Positions 32,603-42,464 are shown, numbered from the stretch's first letter. The stretch: DNA of 59,692 nucleotides from Eubacteriales bacterium (GCA_045545315.1 JAZQAR010000023.1:1-59692); one strand, 5' to 3'. Numbers and translations: made by a program. The notes: generated by a model from the letters alone, not told the origin.

Positions 32603-33805
32603 CTTCGTAACGATGTTCAATAAAACTTCTACCATTTTATCCATTGCATTAACGGGAATCAGCTCGTTAACACCGTGGAAGTTCATCCCGCCGGTGGAGA
32701 GGTTGGGGCAAGGCAGGCCCCGGAAGGAAAGACGGGCGCCGTCGGTACCGCCGCGGATGGCCACCACCTTGGGGGTGACGCCGGCCTTTTCCATAGCCGC
32801 CTTGGCGGTATCGATGATATGCATATGGGGCAGGATCTTCTCCCGCATATTATAGTAGCTGTCGTTAAGGGTCAGTTCAAAGGTCCCTTCGCCGTAGACC
32901 TTGTTCAGGTACGCAGTCAGGTCGGTGACGAACTCTTTACGGCGGAGGAACTTTTCCATATCGTGATCCCGGATGATCATATGGATCTGCGCCTCGGTCT
33001 CGTCGCCGCTGATATGGTTCACGTGGTAAAAACCCTCGTATTTTTCGGTATGGGCAGGAGTTTCTGCGGCAGGCAGGCGGTTCACGAGCTCCACCGCCAA
33101 GAGAGCGGCGTTTTTCATCTTATTCTTCGCCTCGCCGGGGTGGATATTAATGCCGTGGATCACCCATTTTGCAGAGGCAGCGTTGAAGTTTTCGTATTCG
33201 ATCTCGCCCAACTCTCCCCCATCCACCGTATAGCCCCACTGGGCGCCCAGTTTGGAAAGATCCAGAAGGTCTGCCCCGCTACCGATCTCTTCATCGGGGG
33301 TAAAGCAAAGGGCGATCCGCCCATGCTTTCGGGCAGGGTCTGCCACCAGCAGAGCGGCGGCCGCCATGATCTCAGCGATGCCGGCCTTATCGTCGGCTCC
33401 CAGCAGGGTATTGCCATCGGTGACGATCAGCTCCTGCCCGGCATAATCAGCCAGGTAGGGGAACCGCTTTAAGTCGGTGACGGTGCCGTTTTCCAGGGTC
33501 AGGTCTCCCCCCTCGTAGCGCACCACCCGGGGCGACACGTTCTCGCCCGGCGCATCGGGGGAGGTATCCATATGAGCGATCAGCGCCACGCAGGGCAGAT
33601 CCTCCAAACCCGGGGTGGCAGGCAGCCAGCCGTAGACGTAGCCGTTCTCGTCCATATGGGGATTTTCCAGCCCCAATTCTTTTAGTTCCTCCACCAAAGC
33701 GGCGCCCAGCACCCTTTGCCCGGGAGTGGTGGGGCTCCCGGATCCGTTCTCGTCGGAGGCGGTGGAAAACTTGGCATATTTGATAAAACGTTCCTGAACG
33801 GTCAT
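32600..33805 (-). CDS. pepT: Peptidase T (tripeptide aminopeptidase, M20B)
   Basis: ORF track 32600..33880. I chose the ATG at complement 33803..33805, preceded by AAGGAGAA. The N-terminus MTVQERFIKYAKFSTASDENGS...IAHMDTSPD and a length of 401 aa are typical of PepT. Confidence 0.85.
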   Translation of the reverse strand: MTVQERFIKYAKFSTASDENGSGSPTTPGQRVLGAALVEELKELGLENPHMDENGYVYGWLPATPGLEDLPCVALIAHMDTSPDAPGENVSPRVVRYEGGDLTLENGTVTDLKRFPYLADYAGQELIVTDGNTLLGADDKAGIAEIMAAAALLVADPARKHGRIALCFTPDEEIGSGADLLDLSKLGAQWGYTVDGGELGEIEYENFNAASAKWVIHGINIHPGEAKNKMKNAALLAVELVNRLPAAETPAHTEKYEGFYHVNHISGDETEAQIHMIIRDHDMEKFLRRKEFVTDLTAYLNKVYGEGTFELTLNDSYYNMREKILPHMHIIDTAKAAMEKAGVTPKVVAIRGGTDGARLSFRGLPCPNLSTGGMNFHGVNELIPVNAMDKMVEVLLNIVTK

Positions 33806-33937
33806 TGTTGATTCTCCTTTATTTTTATTGCCTCCATCATACCATACTATTTGCTTCTTTACAAGAAAAAAATCCCCCAACCGCCGAAGCGGTTGGGGGA
33901 TCTTTAAATCTTCAAATTCCTATTGGCTATTTTCAGA

Positions 33938-35707
33938 TTACTTCAAGGAAGCAAAATGGAAATACTTGAAGCCCAGAGGAGAGGTGAAGAAGCCTTGGAT
34001 ATCCTTGCTGCACATAAAGATATCGGTGTAGTAGTAAACGGGGCAGATAGCGCCGGTTTCCATCAGGATATCTTCAGCGTCGTGCATCAGCTCGAAGCGC
34101 TTAGCAGCATCGGTAGAAGTCTTAACTTCAGCGATCAGAGCATCGTAGGACTCAGCCCAGGTCTTGCCACCGGCATAACCGGCGTAAGAAGCGTGGTCGC
34201 CCTTACCGAACTGAGAATCGTTGTTACCGGAAGAGGTAATCCACATATCCAGGAAGGAGATGGGATCGTTGTAGTCACCCAGCCAACCGTTACGGGCAAC
34301 GGAGTAGTTGCCTTCTTTACGGGTGTTCAGGAAGGTAGCCCATTCCTGCTTCTCAACGGTTACGTTGATGCCATAGGTGCCCCATACACTCTGCAGATAA
34401 GCGGCAACAGCTTCATGACCGGAGCCTTCATTGGTGATGTAAGCAACGGTGGGGAAGCCGGTAACCTTGTTATCAGCAACGGTGAACTTACCGGAAGAGG
34501 TAGCAACCTCAGTCAGCAGCTTAACAGCTTCAGCGCAGTTAGCAGCGTAGTCTTCCTTAGCAACGCTGTAGTAACCCTTACCGTCGCCGTTCACACCGTT
34601 CTTGGAGATGTATTCGGAACCGTCGGGCTCGGTCAGACCCATTGCCACGAAACCGGCAGCGGGAACCTGGCCAGCCTGGCCGATCTCTTCAACAACGTAG
34701 TTACGGTCGATCATCAGACCCATAGCCTTTCTGATCTTAGCCTTTTCTTCTTCAGTGAAATCCTTGAAAGCGGGGTCGTTTACGTTAAAGGAAACGTAGT
34801 AGGTACCCAGCTGACCTTCAACGAAGAATTCTTCGGGGTTGCTTTCCTTCAGGTTAGCGATTTCGTCGTTGGGAACGGAATCGATGAACTTGTAGGAGCC
34901 GTTCTTGAAGTTGGACAGCAAGGAAGCGTCGTCATCGTTGAAAGCGAAGGTGATCTTGTCGGAAACTACACGATCAGCATCGTAGAAGTTTTCGTTCTTC
35001 TCCAGAACCATTTCGGTCTGGGTGAAAGAGGTTACCTTGTAAGCGCCGTTACCGATGTAGGTAGCAGCGGAGGTAGCCCAAGCTTCGCCGTTAGCGGTGA
35101 TGATGTCCTCACGAACGGGCATGTAAGCGGGGAAAGCGCACAGTTCATAGAAGTAGGGAACGTCAACAGTCAGAACAACGGTCAACTGCTTGCCGTCTTC
35201 GGAAGCGGTAACGTTCAGCAACTTCTTTTCGCCAACCAGCTTGCCTTCTTCATCATAAGAACCAACCAGGTCAGCATAACCGTCGATAACTTCGAACATA
35301 TAGCCGTAGTCAGCAGCGGTTGCGGGATCAGCAGCTCTGTTCCAAGCATAAACGAAATCCTTGGCGGTCAGAGCGGTGCCGTCACTCCACTTCAGATCAT
35401 CGCGGAGAGTGAAGGTGTAAGCGGTCTTGCCGTCAGCCTGCTTAACGCCGGTGGGCAATTCTTTGGCCATCTGGGGAACCAGAACCAACTTACCGCTTTC
35501 GTCCTGCTCGTAACCAACGAGACCTGCGAAAACGTGGATAATGTAGGTAGCACCGTCAACAGCGCTGTTGAGGGCGGGGTCTACAGTATCCGGATAAGCG
35601 CCAACGTTCAGAACCATGGCAGCTTCTTTTTTGCCGCAAGAGGTCAGAGCCACTGTGCAGCTGAGGATCATTGCTACAACCAGCAATAAACTCAATGCCT
35701 TTTTCAT
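33938..35707 (-). CDS. Peptide ABC transporter substrate-binding lipoprotein (family 5, OppA/DppA-like)
   Basis: 589-aa ORF. It has a lipoprotein signal (LLVVAMILSCTVALTSCG) and SBP_bac_5-like sequence throughout. The + ORF 33923..35689 is an antisense shadow. Confidence 0.85.
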   Translation of the reverse strand: MKKALSLLLVVAMILSCTVALTSCGKKEAAMVLNVGAYPDTVDPALNSAVDGATYIIHVFAGLVGYEQDESGKLVLVPQMAKELPTGVKQADGKTAYTFTLRDDLKWSDGTALTAKDFVYAWNRAADPATAADYGYMFEVIDGYADLVGSYDEEGKLVGEKKLLNVTASEDGKQLTVVLTVDVPYFYELCAFPAYMPVREDIITANGEAWATSAATYIGNGAYKVTSFTQTEMVLEKNENFYDADRVVSDKITFAFNDDDASLLSNFKNGSYKFIDSVPNDEIANLKESNPEEFFVEGQLGTYYVSFNVNDPAFKDFTEEEKAKIRKAMGLMIDRNYVVEEIGQAGQVPAAGFVAMGLTEPDGSEYISKNGVNGDGKGYYSVAKEDYAANCAEAVKLLTEVATSSGKFTVADNKVTGFPTVAYITNEGSGHEAVAAYLQSVWGTYGINVTVEKQEWATFLNTRKEGNYSVARNGWLGDYNDPISFLDMWITSSGNNDSQFGKGDHASYAGYAGGKTWAESYDALIAEVKTSTDAAKRFELMHDAEDILMETGAICPVYYYTDIFMCSKDIQGFFTSPLGFKYFHFASLK

Positions 35708-35755
35708 AGGTATATTCCTCCTATAATTTATTAATTAGCCCAAGGCAGGGCATAA

Positions 35756-36724
35756 TTACAGATTGTGGCAGGCAACCTTATGGCCGGGAGCGATCTCCTT
35801 CAGTTCGGGCATCACTTCGGCGCATTTTTCGGTCGCTCTGGGGCAGCGGGTGCGGAAGGGGCAACCGCTGGGCATATGCAGGGGGCTGGGAACGTCCCCT
35901 TCCAGGTGGATCCGCTGGTTGGCACGGGCGATCTTGGGATCGGGCACCGGCACGGCGGACAGCAGAGAAATGGTATAGGGATGCAGGGGGTGGTGATAGA
36001 GTTCATCGGAGGGCCCGATCTCGATCAGCTTACCCAGATACATCACCGCGATCCGGGTGGAGATATGCTTCACCACCAGAAGATCGTGGGCAATAAACAG
36101 ATAGGTGAGGCCCAGCTTTTGCTGAAGATCCTCGAACATATTGACCACCTGTGCCTGGATAGAAACGTCCAGGGCGGAAACCGGTTCGTCGCAGACGATG
36201 AACTTAGGATCCACAGCCAAGGCACGGGCGATACCGATACGCTGGCGCTGACCGCCGGAAAATTCGTGGGCGTAGCGGGAAGCGTGCTCGTCGGGCAGAC
36301 CCACCAGATCCATCAGGTGGCGGATCTTTTCGGCCCGTTCCTTTTTATTGGAATAGAGCTTATGGACGTCCAAAGGCTCACCGATGATATCGCTGACGGT
36401 CATACGGGGGTCCAGGGAAGAATAGGGATCCTGGAACACCATTTGTGCCTGCTTACGGAACTCCCGGATATCCTTGGGATCCTTGATCAGCTTACCGTCG
36501 AACCAAACCTCACCGTCGGTGGGCTTATAAAGCTGCAGGATGGTACGGCCAACGGTGGTCTTACCGCAGCCGGATTCCCCTACCAGGCCCAGGGTCTCCC
36601 CCTCTTTGATCTCGAAGGAAACGTCGTCCACAGCCTTCAGGGTAAGGGACTTCATAAATCCGCTGGGGATACGGAAATACTCTTTCAGATTTTTTACTTC
36701 GAGAAGATTTTTTTGTTCGCTCAT
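35756..36724 (-). CDS. Peptide ABC transporter ATP-binding protein (OppF/DppF-like)
   Basis: It has Walker [10 protein letters not shown], the signature [15 protein letters not shown], Walker [13 protein letters not shown] and an oligopeptide C-terminal extension containing Cys residues. Confidence 0.9.
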   Translation of the reverse strand: MSEQKNLLEVKNLKEYFRIPSGFMKSLTLKAVDDVSFEIKEGETLGLVGESGCGKTTVGRTILQLYKPTDGEVWFDGKLIKDPKDIREFRKQAQMVFQDPYSSLDPRMTVSDIIGEPLDVHKLYSNKKERAEKIRHLMDLVGLPDEHASRYAHEFSGGQRQRIGIARALAVDPKFIVCDEPVSALDVSIQAQVVNMFEDLQQKLGLTYLFIAHDLLVVKHISTRIAVMYLGKLIEIGPSDELYHHPLHPYTISLLSAVPVPDPKIARANQRIHLEGDVPSPLHMPSGCPFRTRCPRATEKCAEVMPELKEIAPGHKVACHNL

Positions 36725-37740
36725 TCTTGATACATCTCCTCTACTTCTTTTTCGGTCAGGGTGCCGGCGGCAATGGCGTCTTTCACGTTATGCCAGCAGC
36801 TGGAGATATGATTTTCGTTGATCAGCATCTCCTTGGCCTTATGGGTCAGGCAAACCTTCATACATCCGTCGCAACGGGGAGAGAAGGGGCAGCCGTCGGG
36901 CATATTCAACAGATCCACGGGAGTACCGCCGATGGGCTCCAGCCGTTTGCCGTCGGTATTGACGTTGGGGATGGAGCGCATCAGACCCTTGGTGTATTCG
37001 TGCTTGAGTTTATAGAAGATCTCGGCGGCGGTGCCGCGTTCGCAGACCTCGCCGGCGTACATTACGATGACTTCGTCGCACATTTCGGCCACAACACCCA
37101 GGTCGTGGGTGATCATAATGATGGCCATACCCAGCTTTTTCTGCAGATCCTTCATCAGATCCAGGATCTGAGCCTGGATGGTCACGTCCAGAGCGGTGGT
37201 GGGTTCGTCGGCGATCAGGATATCGGGCTCGCAGGCCAGGGCCATAGCGATCATAACACGCTGGCGCATACCGCCGGAAAACTCGTGGGGATACTGTTTG
37301 ATCCGCTTTTCCGGCTCGTTTACGCCTACCAGCTCCAGCATTTCGATGGCACGGGCACGGGCTTCTTCTTTATTCCGGTCGGTATGGAGCATAATGGCTT
37401 CCATCAGCTGATTACCCACGGTGAATACCGGGTTCAGGCTGGTCATAGGATCCTGGAAGATGATGCTGATCTTGTTGCCCCGGATGGTGGCCATCTTCTC
37501 TTTGGAAGCACCCACCAGTTCCTCGCCGTGGAGCATTACGCTACCGCCCACGATCTTACCGGGGTTGGCCAGGATCTGCATGATCGAATAAGCGGTCACG
37601 CTCTTACCGGAGCCGGATTCACCCACGATGCCCAAAACTCTGCCCTTATCCAGGGAGAAGGATACGCCGTTTACAGCCTTTACCTCGCCGGCGGGGGTGA
37701 AGAAGGAGGTTCTCAAATCGGTTACTTTTAATAATTCCAT
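36721..37740 (-). CDS. Peptide ABC transporter ATP-binding protein (OppD/DppD-like)
   Basis: It has Walker [10 protein letters not shown], the signature [15 protein letters not shown] and Walker [13 protein letters not shown]. It overlaps the next gene by 4 nt. Confidence 0.9.
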   Translation of the reverse strand: MELLKVTDLRTSFFTPAGEVKAVNGVSFSLDKGRVLGIVGESGSGKSVTAYSIMQILANPGKIVGGSVMLHGEELVGASKEKMATIRGNKISIIFQDPMTSLNPVFTVGNQLMEAIMLHTDRNKEEARARAIEMLELVGVNEPEKRIKQYPHEFSGGMRQRVMIAMALACEPDILIADEPTTALDVTIQAQILDLMKDLQKKLGMAIIMITHDLGVVAEMCDEVIVMYAGEVCERGTAAEIFYKLKHEYTKGLMRSIPNVNTDGKRLEPIGGTPVDLLNMPDGCPFSPRCDGCMKVCLTHKAKEMLINENHISSCWHNVKDAIAAGTLTEKEVEEMYQE

Positions 37741-37753
37741 CGTCTCTGCCTCC

Positions 37754-38842
37754 TTACTTCTTCAACTTGGGATCGAAGGCATCCCGCAGGCCGTCGCCCA
37801 CCAGGTTCAAAGAAAGAACGATCAGGCAGATGGCTACCGCAGGGATCACCAGACGGTAAGAATAACTAAAGATACCGGAAAGGGCTTCGGAAGCCAAAGA
37901 ACCCAAGGAGGGCATCGGCATATTAACGCCCAGGCCCAGGAAGCTCAGGTAGCTTTCGGTAAAGATGGCAGAGGGGATCTGCAGAGCGGTGGAGATGATC
38001 AGCACGCTGATGCAGTTGGGCAACATATGACGGCGGATAATGTGACCGCCCTTGGCGCCGATGGAGCGGGCTGCCAAAACGTAGTCCTGCTGCTTGATGG
38101 TCAGGATCTGACCACGGATCAAACGGGCCATACCCACCCAGTAGAGCAGGGCGAATACGATAAAGATACTGATCATACCGGTGCCCAGCTTGGCCAAAGC
38201 CGTTCCCTGCAGAGCGGTATCCAATACCGGGCGCAGAGTCTGGTTCAGAACGGTGGCCAGCAGAATGATCATCAACAGATCGGGCAAGGAATAGATGATA
38301 TCTACAATACGCATCATGATCAGGTCGACCTTGCCGCCGTAGTAGCCGGAAACGGAGCCGTAGATAGCGCCGATGATCAACACGATGATGCTGGCGAAGA
38401 AGCCAACGGCCAAAGAGATCCGGGCGCCGTAGATCACGCGGATGGCATAATCACGGCCATGGGCGTCGGTACCGAAGATATGGGGGAAGATCTTTTCGCC
38501 CTGAGCTATACGGGCCTGCTCGGTTTCGCCGTATTCAAAGGGCTTCAGGTTATTATAGGATGCATCGGTGGCGCCTTGGCTCACACCCAGCATCTGATCG
38601 TAGCTGTAGGGATAGAACATAGGAACGAAGATGGCGATAAACACCACCACCGCCACAATGATCAAGCAGGTCATGGCCACCTTGTTCTTGGAAAACCGGC
38701 GCATACCGTCCCTCCAGAAGGTGGTGCTTTCACGCATCCGGGCCTGGAGGGCCTTTTCTTCATCGGTTGCCTTTTCAAAGCTCTTCAGATCCAGTTGAAG
38801 GCTTAAAGGATTTTTCTTGGGTAATTCGTTGATATCTTTCAC
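37754..38842 (-). CDS. Peptide ABC transporter permease (OppC/DppC-like)
   Basis: 362-aa polytopic membrane ORF with the BPD_transp_1 EAA-type loop (AARSIGAKGGHIIRRHMLPN). Confidence 0.85.
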   Translation of the reverse strand: MKDINELPKKNPLSLQLDLKSFEKATDEEKALQARMRESTTFWRDGMRRFSKNKVAMTCLIIVAVVVFIAIFVPMFYPYSYDQMLGVSQGATDASYNNLKPFEYGETEQARIAQGEKIFPHIFGTDAHGRDYAIRVIYGARISLAVGFFASIIVLIIGAIYGSVSGYYGGKVDLIMMRIVDIIYSLPDLLMIILLATVLNQTLRPVLDTALQGTALAKLGTGMISIFIVFALLYWVGMARLIRGQILTIKQQDYVLAARSIGAKGGHIIRRHMLPNCISVLIISTALQIPSAIFTESYLSFLGLGVNMPMPSLGSLASEALSGIFSYSYRLVIPAVAICLIVLSLNLVGDGLRDAFDPKLKK

Positions 38843-38854
38843 TTTAAGACCTCC

Positions 38855-39802
38855 TTAACTAAAGTCTACCCGGGGATCGAAGATCTTATAGCAGATATCC
38901 GAAAGCAGGGTCATAATTACCATGATGGTGGCCAAAAAGATGGTGGTACCCATGATCATGGGATAGTCACGCTTAATGATACTCGAGAAGAAGTACTTAC
39001 CGATCCCGGGCACCGCAAAGATCTGCTCCACCACCAGGCTACCGGTCAGAATGTAGGCCACCATGGGGCCAACGTAGGTGATGACCGGGGTCACGGCGTT
39101 CTTCAAGGAATGCTTGAACAGCACCTTGGCGGGGGAAACACCCTTGGCACGGGCGGTACGGATATAGTCCTGACCCAGCACGTCCAGCATACTGGAACGG
39201 GTCAACCGGGTGATATAGGACATGGGGGAAAGGCTCAGGGCTACCACCGGCAGGATCAACCCCGCAGAGGTAGAACCGTTAGAGGGGAAGATGGGGATCC
39301 AGATACATAGCACTAATAGTAGCAGCGTACCCACAACGAAGGAGGGGGTTGCCACACAGGCGGTGGAGACCACCATGATCAGCTTATCCACAAATTTATC
39401 GTGGAACACGGCGGCGATAGAGCCCAATACCAACCCGCAGATGATGGCCAGAATGGCGGCAATGATGCCCAGCTTACCGCTGGTGGCAAAGCCTTCCATC
39501 ATCAGGTCGGCAACAGTGCGGCCGCGGTTTTTGATAGAGGGGCCGAAGTCAAAGTGCAGTACGTCGGTCAGGTAGGTGGTATACTGCTCCATCAGGGGCT
39601 TATCCAGACCGTATTTTGCTTCCAGCTGGGCGGTAACAGCCGGGCTGGGTGCTTTTTCGCTCAGAAAGGGGCCACCGGGGATGGCCTTCATGGCAAAAAA
39701 GGTAATGGTGATGACAAGAAATACCGTAAAGGCGGCCAAAACGATCCGCTTTGCGATATAGAATGCCAATTTGGAATCCAAAACGTTCACTCTCCCAATC
39801 AA
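38855..39802 (-). CDS. Peptide ABC transporter permease (OppB/DppB-like)
   Basis: 315-aa polytopic membrane ORF with an N-terminal FYIAKRIV motif and the loop RTARAKGVSPAKVLFKHSLKNA. The exact start is uncertain. Confidence 0.85.
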   Translation of the reverse strand: MIGRVNVLDSKLAFYIAKRIVLAAFTVFLVITITFFAMKAIPGGPFLSEKAPSPAVTAQLEAKYGLDKPLMEQYTTYLTDVLHFDFGPSIKNRGRTVADLMMEGFATSGKLGIIAAILAIICGLVLGSIAAVFHDKFVDKLIMVVSTACVATPSFVVGTLLLLVLCIWIPIFPSNGSTSAGLILPVVALSLSPMSYITRLTRSSMLDVLGQDYIRTARAKGVSPAKVLFKHSLKNAVTPVITYVGPMVAYILTGSLVVEQIFAVPGIGKYFFSSIIKRDYPMIMGTTIFLATIMVIMTLLSDICYKIFDPRVDFS

Positions 39803-39905
39803 TTTTTTTCATAAACGGAATAACGCAAAATCTATATTAAATAAATGTAGAATTGAAGAACAAATGTCTTTCCAGCGCGCACGATTCGATTATGATTCAA
39901 CTGAT

Positions 39906-39934
39906 ATTATAATTCATAAATTACAATCTGTCAA
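39906..39934 (-). promoter_or_regulatory. Consensus sigma-70 promoter for the peptide-transporter/pepT operon
   Basis: Minus strand reads TTGACA (39934..39929), a 17-nt spacer, then TATAAT (39911..39906). It lies about 100 nt upstream of the first permease gene. Confidence 0.6.
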
Positions 39935-40099
39935 TCCTTTGAGGTCGCGATTCCAAAAATTGATAAAAATTTACTATTTTACTATGCTAAAATGCTTATG
40001 AATCCGTTCTTTTGTGAAAAATCGGGCACCGGGCGGAGTGAATATCGGTTTTATCGGGCTGTTTAGACCTCTTTTCAACAAGACCTTTCCCACAATGAA

Positions 40100-40131
40100 G
40101 AAAAAGCCTGCCGCACCGATGTGCGGCAGGC
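40100..40131 (-). terminator. Rho-independent terminator after immunity-like paralog 3
   Basis: GCCTGCCGCAC, loop CGAT, then GTGCGGCAGGC. On the minus strand it is followed by TTTTT. It lies 25 nt after the stop at 40156. The same terminator recurs at 41192..41223 and 42639..42670. Confidence 0.7.
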
Positions 40132-40155
40132 TCTCTATTTTGATCGCATTAGATT

Positions 40156-41061
40156 TCAGTTGAAATCGGTCGAAGACGGGGACCCGTCCCTTGTCTTACG
40201 AAGTTTTTCCATCTGTTCGATCCAAGTGTTTAACTCTCCCTCTATTTCCACACAAGCCTCCACCTCATTCTGCTCATTCAACATAAAGGCATAGGTATTT
40301 CCGAAAGTCACTGCACCATCTTCCGGATTCTCGCGTGCTTCCCTCGCAATATAGACAGGTCGCTGTTCCTCGTCATAAATTGCACCCACATACGCTTTAT
40401 CCCATTCTTGATTCAAATAGTTGTATAAAGCCTTTTGGACAATGTCTTGATCAATCTCCGGCGGATAAATCCTTTCCTCTGGATCATACGTTATTTTGGC
40501 GACCTTTTTTAAATCCAAAGGCTTTCCCCAATCATTTTTCTTCTTCAATTCTTCAATGGATTCCATCTCTGTTTCAGGATCAACAGGAAAAGCCACACTT
40601 TCCGTGCGATAGAAATAAACCTCGTTTTTGCTTTTTTTCTGCACAATCGAATAAACCTTTGACCAAGTCCATGGTTTCGTTTTATACTGATCTGTCAGAG
40701 CGTCGTGGAGATATTCAAAGCCCACAGCATAATAACAATATAACCGTCTTCCATAGGAATCTTCTTCAATCTCTTCCATATATAGATTGATATCATAATC
40801 TATATATGGATTGAAATAGAAACATTCATATGAAAGCATCAATTCATTGGCTTCGAGACCATCGAATTCGTTTTCCCTTTGACCAAATATTGCATGAACT
40901 CCCTCAATTGTTATAACCGCACTGGCGATCAATGCAGTTGCCACACCGAATATGAGCGCTATACTAAAAAAGCAACCCCGCTTTCGTTTCCGCGAAATAG
41001 CGCACAGCATCGTCGAAGGCGGATTGGAAGTGCCGTCCATCTTGTTTTTTCCTCTCTTCAT
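40156..41061 (-). CDS. Membrane-anchored immunity-like protein, paralog 3 (orphan cassette)
   Basis: ORF track 40156..41091. I chose the ATG at complement 41059..41061, which lies 8 nt after GGGAGG (MKRGKNKMDG...). It has one N-terminal TM helix (CFFSIALIFGVATALIASAVITI). It shares blocks with 41357..42244 and 42695..43519: EEDSYGRRLYCYY, VYSIVQKKSKNEVYFY, ELKKKNDWGKPL, TYAFMLNEQNEVE and a RKTRDGSPSSTD tail. Confidence 0.75.
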   Translation of the reverse strand: MKRGKNKMDGTSNPPSTMLCAISRKRKRGCFFSIALIFGVATALIASAVITIEGVHAIFGQRENEFDGLEANELMLSYECFYFNPYIDYDINLYMEEIEEDSYGRRLYCYYAVGFEYLHDALTDQYKTKPWTWSKVYSIVQKKSKNEVYFYRTESVAFPVDPETEMESIEELKKKNDWGKPLDLKKVAKITYDPEERIYPPEIDQDIVQKALYNYLNQEWDKAYVGAIYDEEQRPVYIAREARENPEDGAVTFGNTYAFMLNEQNEVEACVEIEGELNTWIEQMEKLRKTRDGSPSSTDFN

Positions 41062-41101
41062 CCGAAACACCTCCCAACAAATCTGCGACATATTCCCACG
41101 G
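40964..41101 (-). pseudogene. Orphan relic of an RHS toxin C-terminal tip (no start codon)
   Basis: Not in the ORF track. The minus-strand frame reads PWEYVADLLGGVSDEERKKQDGRHFQSAFDDAVRYFAETKAGLLF, then a stop. It aligns with the RHS end QPWEYIADRYGGVLESERQREIDGK...KVAPGYSF. Homology begins abruptly at PWEY, directly next to a GGGGACGGTTC hairpin (41110..41134). It overlaps the start of paralog 3 in another frame, exactly as the live toxin overlaps paralog 1. Confidence 0.65.
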
Positions 41102-41191
41102 TAATGAAGAAGACAGGGGACGGTTCCTTGTCTTTCATAATTTCGTTCTTATTTCCGTTTTCATCATAACATAATTCTTTCTTTTTGTAAA

Positions 41192-41223
41192 GAAAAAGCC
41201 TGCCGCACCGATGTGCGGCAGGC
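41192..41223 (-). terminator. Rho-independent terminator (cassette 2)
   Basis: Same hairpin as 40106..40131, followed by a T-tract on the minus strand. Confidence 0.65.
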
Positions 41224-41299
41224 TCTCTATTTTGATCGCATTAGATTTCAGTTGGAATCGGTCGAAGACAAGGAACCGTCCCCTGTCTTACTGTCTTAC

Positions 41300-41383
41300 C
41301 TTTCGGTGCAACCGGCTTTTCATTTGATCGCAATTGAGGAATTTAGTTGAAGTTAATCAGCACATAGAACCGTCCCCTGTGTT
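41300..41383 (-). repeat. 84-nt hairpin-bearing module inserted into the 3' end of immunity-like paralog 2
   Basis: CTTTCGGTGCAACCGGCTTTTCATTTGATCGCAATTGAGGAATTTAGTTGAAGTTAATCAGCACATAGAACCGTCCCCTGTGTT. An identical module lies at 42465..42548. Here it is flanked by the direct duplication CCGTCCC(C/T)TGTCTTAC (41275..41291 and 41385..41400). Confidence 0.7.
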
Positions 41384-42244
41384 TCCGTCCCTTGTCTTAC
41401 TGCGGAACTCTTGTATTTGCTTGGGCCAATCGTCTAAATCGCCCTCTAACACAACATAGTCCTCAACTTCATTTTGTTCATTCATTATGAATGCGTAGGT
41501 TTCTTTCCAAATAATCGGATCGATCCCATACCGTTCACATTCATATTCTCGAAACACATAAACCGGGTTTTGATCCTCATCTAAAGCAATTCCACAATGA
41601 TATTTATCGATTACCCTTCCCAATTCTTTTTCCAAAGAAGTTACCAGATATTCCCGTTCTTCATACTCAAGCGTGGGGAGAGTTTTAAAGCCGTCGACGT
41701 GTGCCCCAACCATTTCGTCTTCTTTAAGAGGTTGACCCCAATCGTTTTTCTTTTTCAGTTCATCGATATCGGTTTCTGCCAAAAGATCATTAGCCAAAAA
41801 GCAAATACTGTCTGTTGGATAATAATAAACGCGATCTTTCGTTTTCTTTTGAATGACCAGATATACTTTTGGAGGGACACCTTCCCGAATAGGTATGCTA
41901 TAATAATCCTCCGCTGCTACATAAAGATATTCATTGGGTCTTACTGAATAGCAGAAGAGTTTTCTCCCATAGGAATCTTCTTCAACCAGTTTTATATCCA
42001 CCCTGGGGTTTATTCCCGGTTCATAAAAAATCGATTCATATTCTAAAACCAGTATTGCAGCCTCTTTATTAGTAAAGAATAATGATTGGACCTCAACTAT
42101 GTGTTTACCCATTACAAGTGAATACACAAGCACAATAATCAACGCACATGCTATAAGCAAAACAAAGCAGATCCATTTCCATAACTTAGAAAGAATGGCC
42201 CGGAGCCACCTCATTCCAGTACATCCACGCATTCCAGTCTGCAT
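41357..42244 (-). CDS. Membrane-anchored immunity-like protein, paralog 2 (orphan cassette; 3' end remodelled)
   Basis: ORF track 41357..42280 (TTG start). I chose the ATG at complement 42242..42244, which lies 10 nt after AGGAG. It has a TM helix (WKWICFVLLIACALIIVLVYSLV) and shares the family blocks EEDSYGRKLFCYS, VYLVIQKKTKDRVYYY, ELKKKNDWGQPL and TYAFIMNEQNEVE. The C-terminal tail is changed to KTRDGNTGDGSMC by the inserted module. Confidence 0.75.
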   Translation of the reverse strand: MQTGMRGCTGMRWLRAILSKLWKWICFVLLIACALIIVLVYSLVMGKHIVEVQSLFFTNKEAAILVLEYESIFYEPGINPRVDIKLVEEDSYGRKLFCYSVRPNEYLYVAAEDYYSIPIREGVPPKVYLVIQKKTKDRVYYYPTDSICFLANDLLAETDIDELKKKNDWGQPLKEDEMVGAHVDGFKTLPTLEYEEREYLVTSLEKELGRVIDKYHCGIALDEDQNPVYVFREYECERYGIDPIIWKETYAFIMNEQNEVEDYVVLEGDLDDWPKQIQEFRSKTRDGNTGDGSMC

Positions 42245-42353
42245 CGTATGAATACTCCTCTTTTCGCTCACCTTCTTCAACCCTGCCTAATCTATCGGCA
42301 ATATATTCCCATGGTTGAGAGTAATAATTTTGTTCATTCTTTAAATAGCCCAT
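42186..42353 (-). pseudogene. Orphan RHS toxin C-terminal tip fragment (55 codons, below the ORF-track cutoff)
   Basis: Minus-strand translation is MGYLKNEQNYYSQPWEYIADRLGRVEEGERKEEYSYDADWNAWMYWNEVAPGHSF, then a stop. It aligns with the last ~60 aa of the RHS protein (KGYWNDVKNYYSQPWEYIADRYGG...KYWRKVAPGYSF). It lacks the HEYGH segment. It is bounded upstream by a GGGGACGGTTC hairpin (42366..42390) and overlaps the start of paralog 2. Confidence 0.7.
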
Positions 42354-42464
42354 GAGGGAAGGAAGAAGACAGGGGACGGTTCCTTGTCTTTCATAATTTC
42401 GTTCTTATTTCCGTTTTCATCATAACATAATTCTTTCTTTTTGTAAAGAAAAAGCCTGCCGCAC

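Noticed and set aside
39940-40000. + strand promoter-like sequence TTGATA-17-TATGCT (also TGCTAAAAT) pointing into the RHS island.
   Set aside because: No + strand gene or structured RNA follows it. AT-rich island-boundary DNA produces such matches by chance. Evidence for the minus-strand opp promoter nearby is much stronger.
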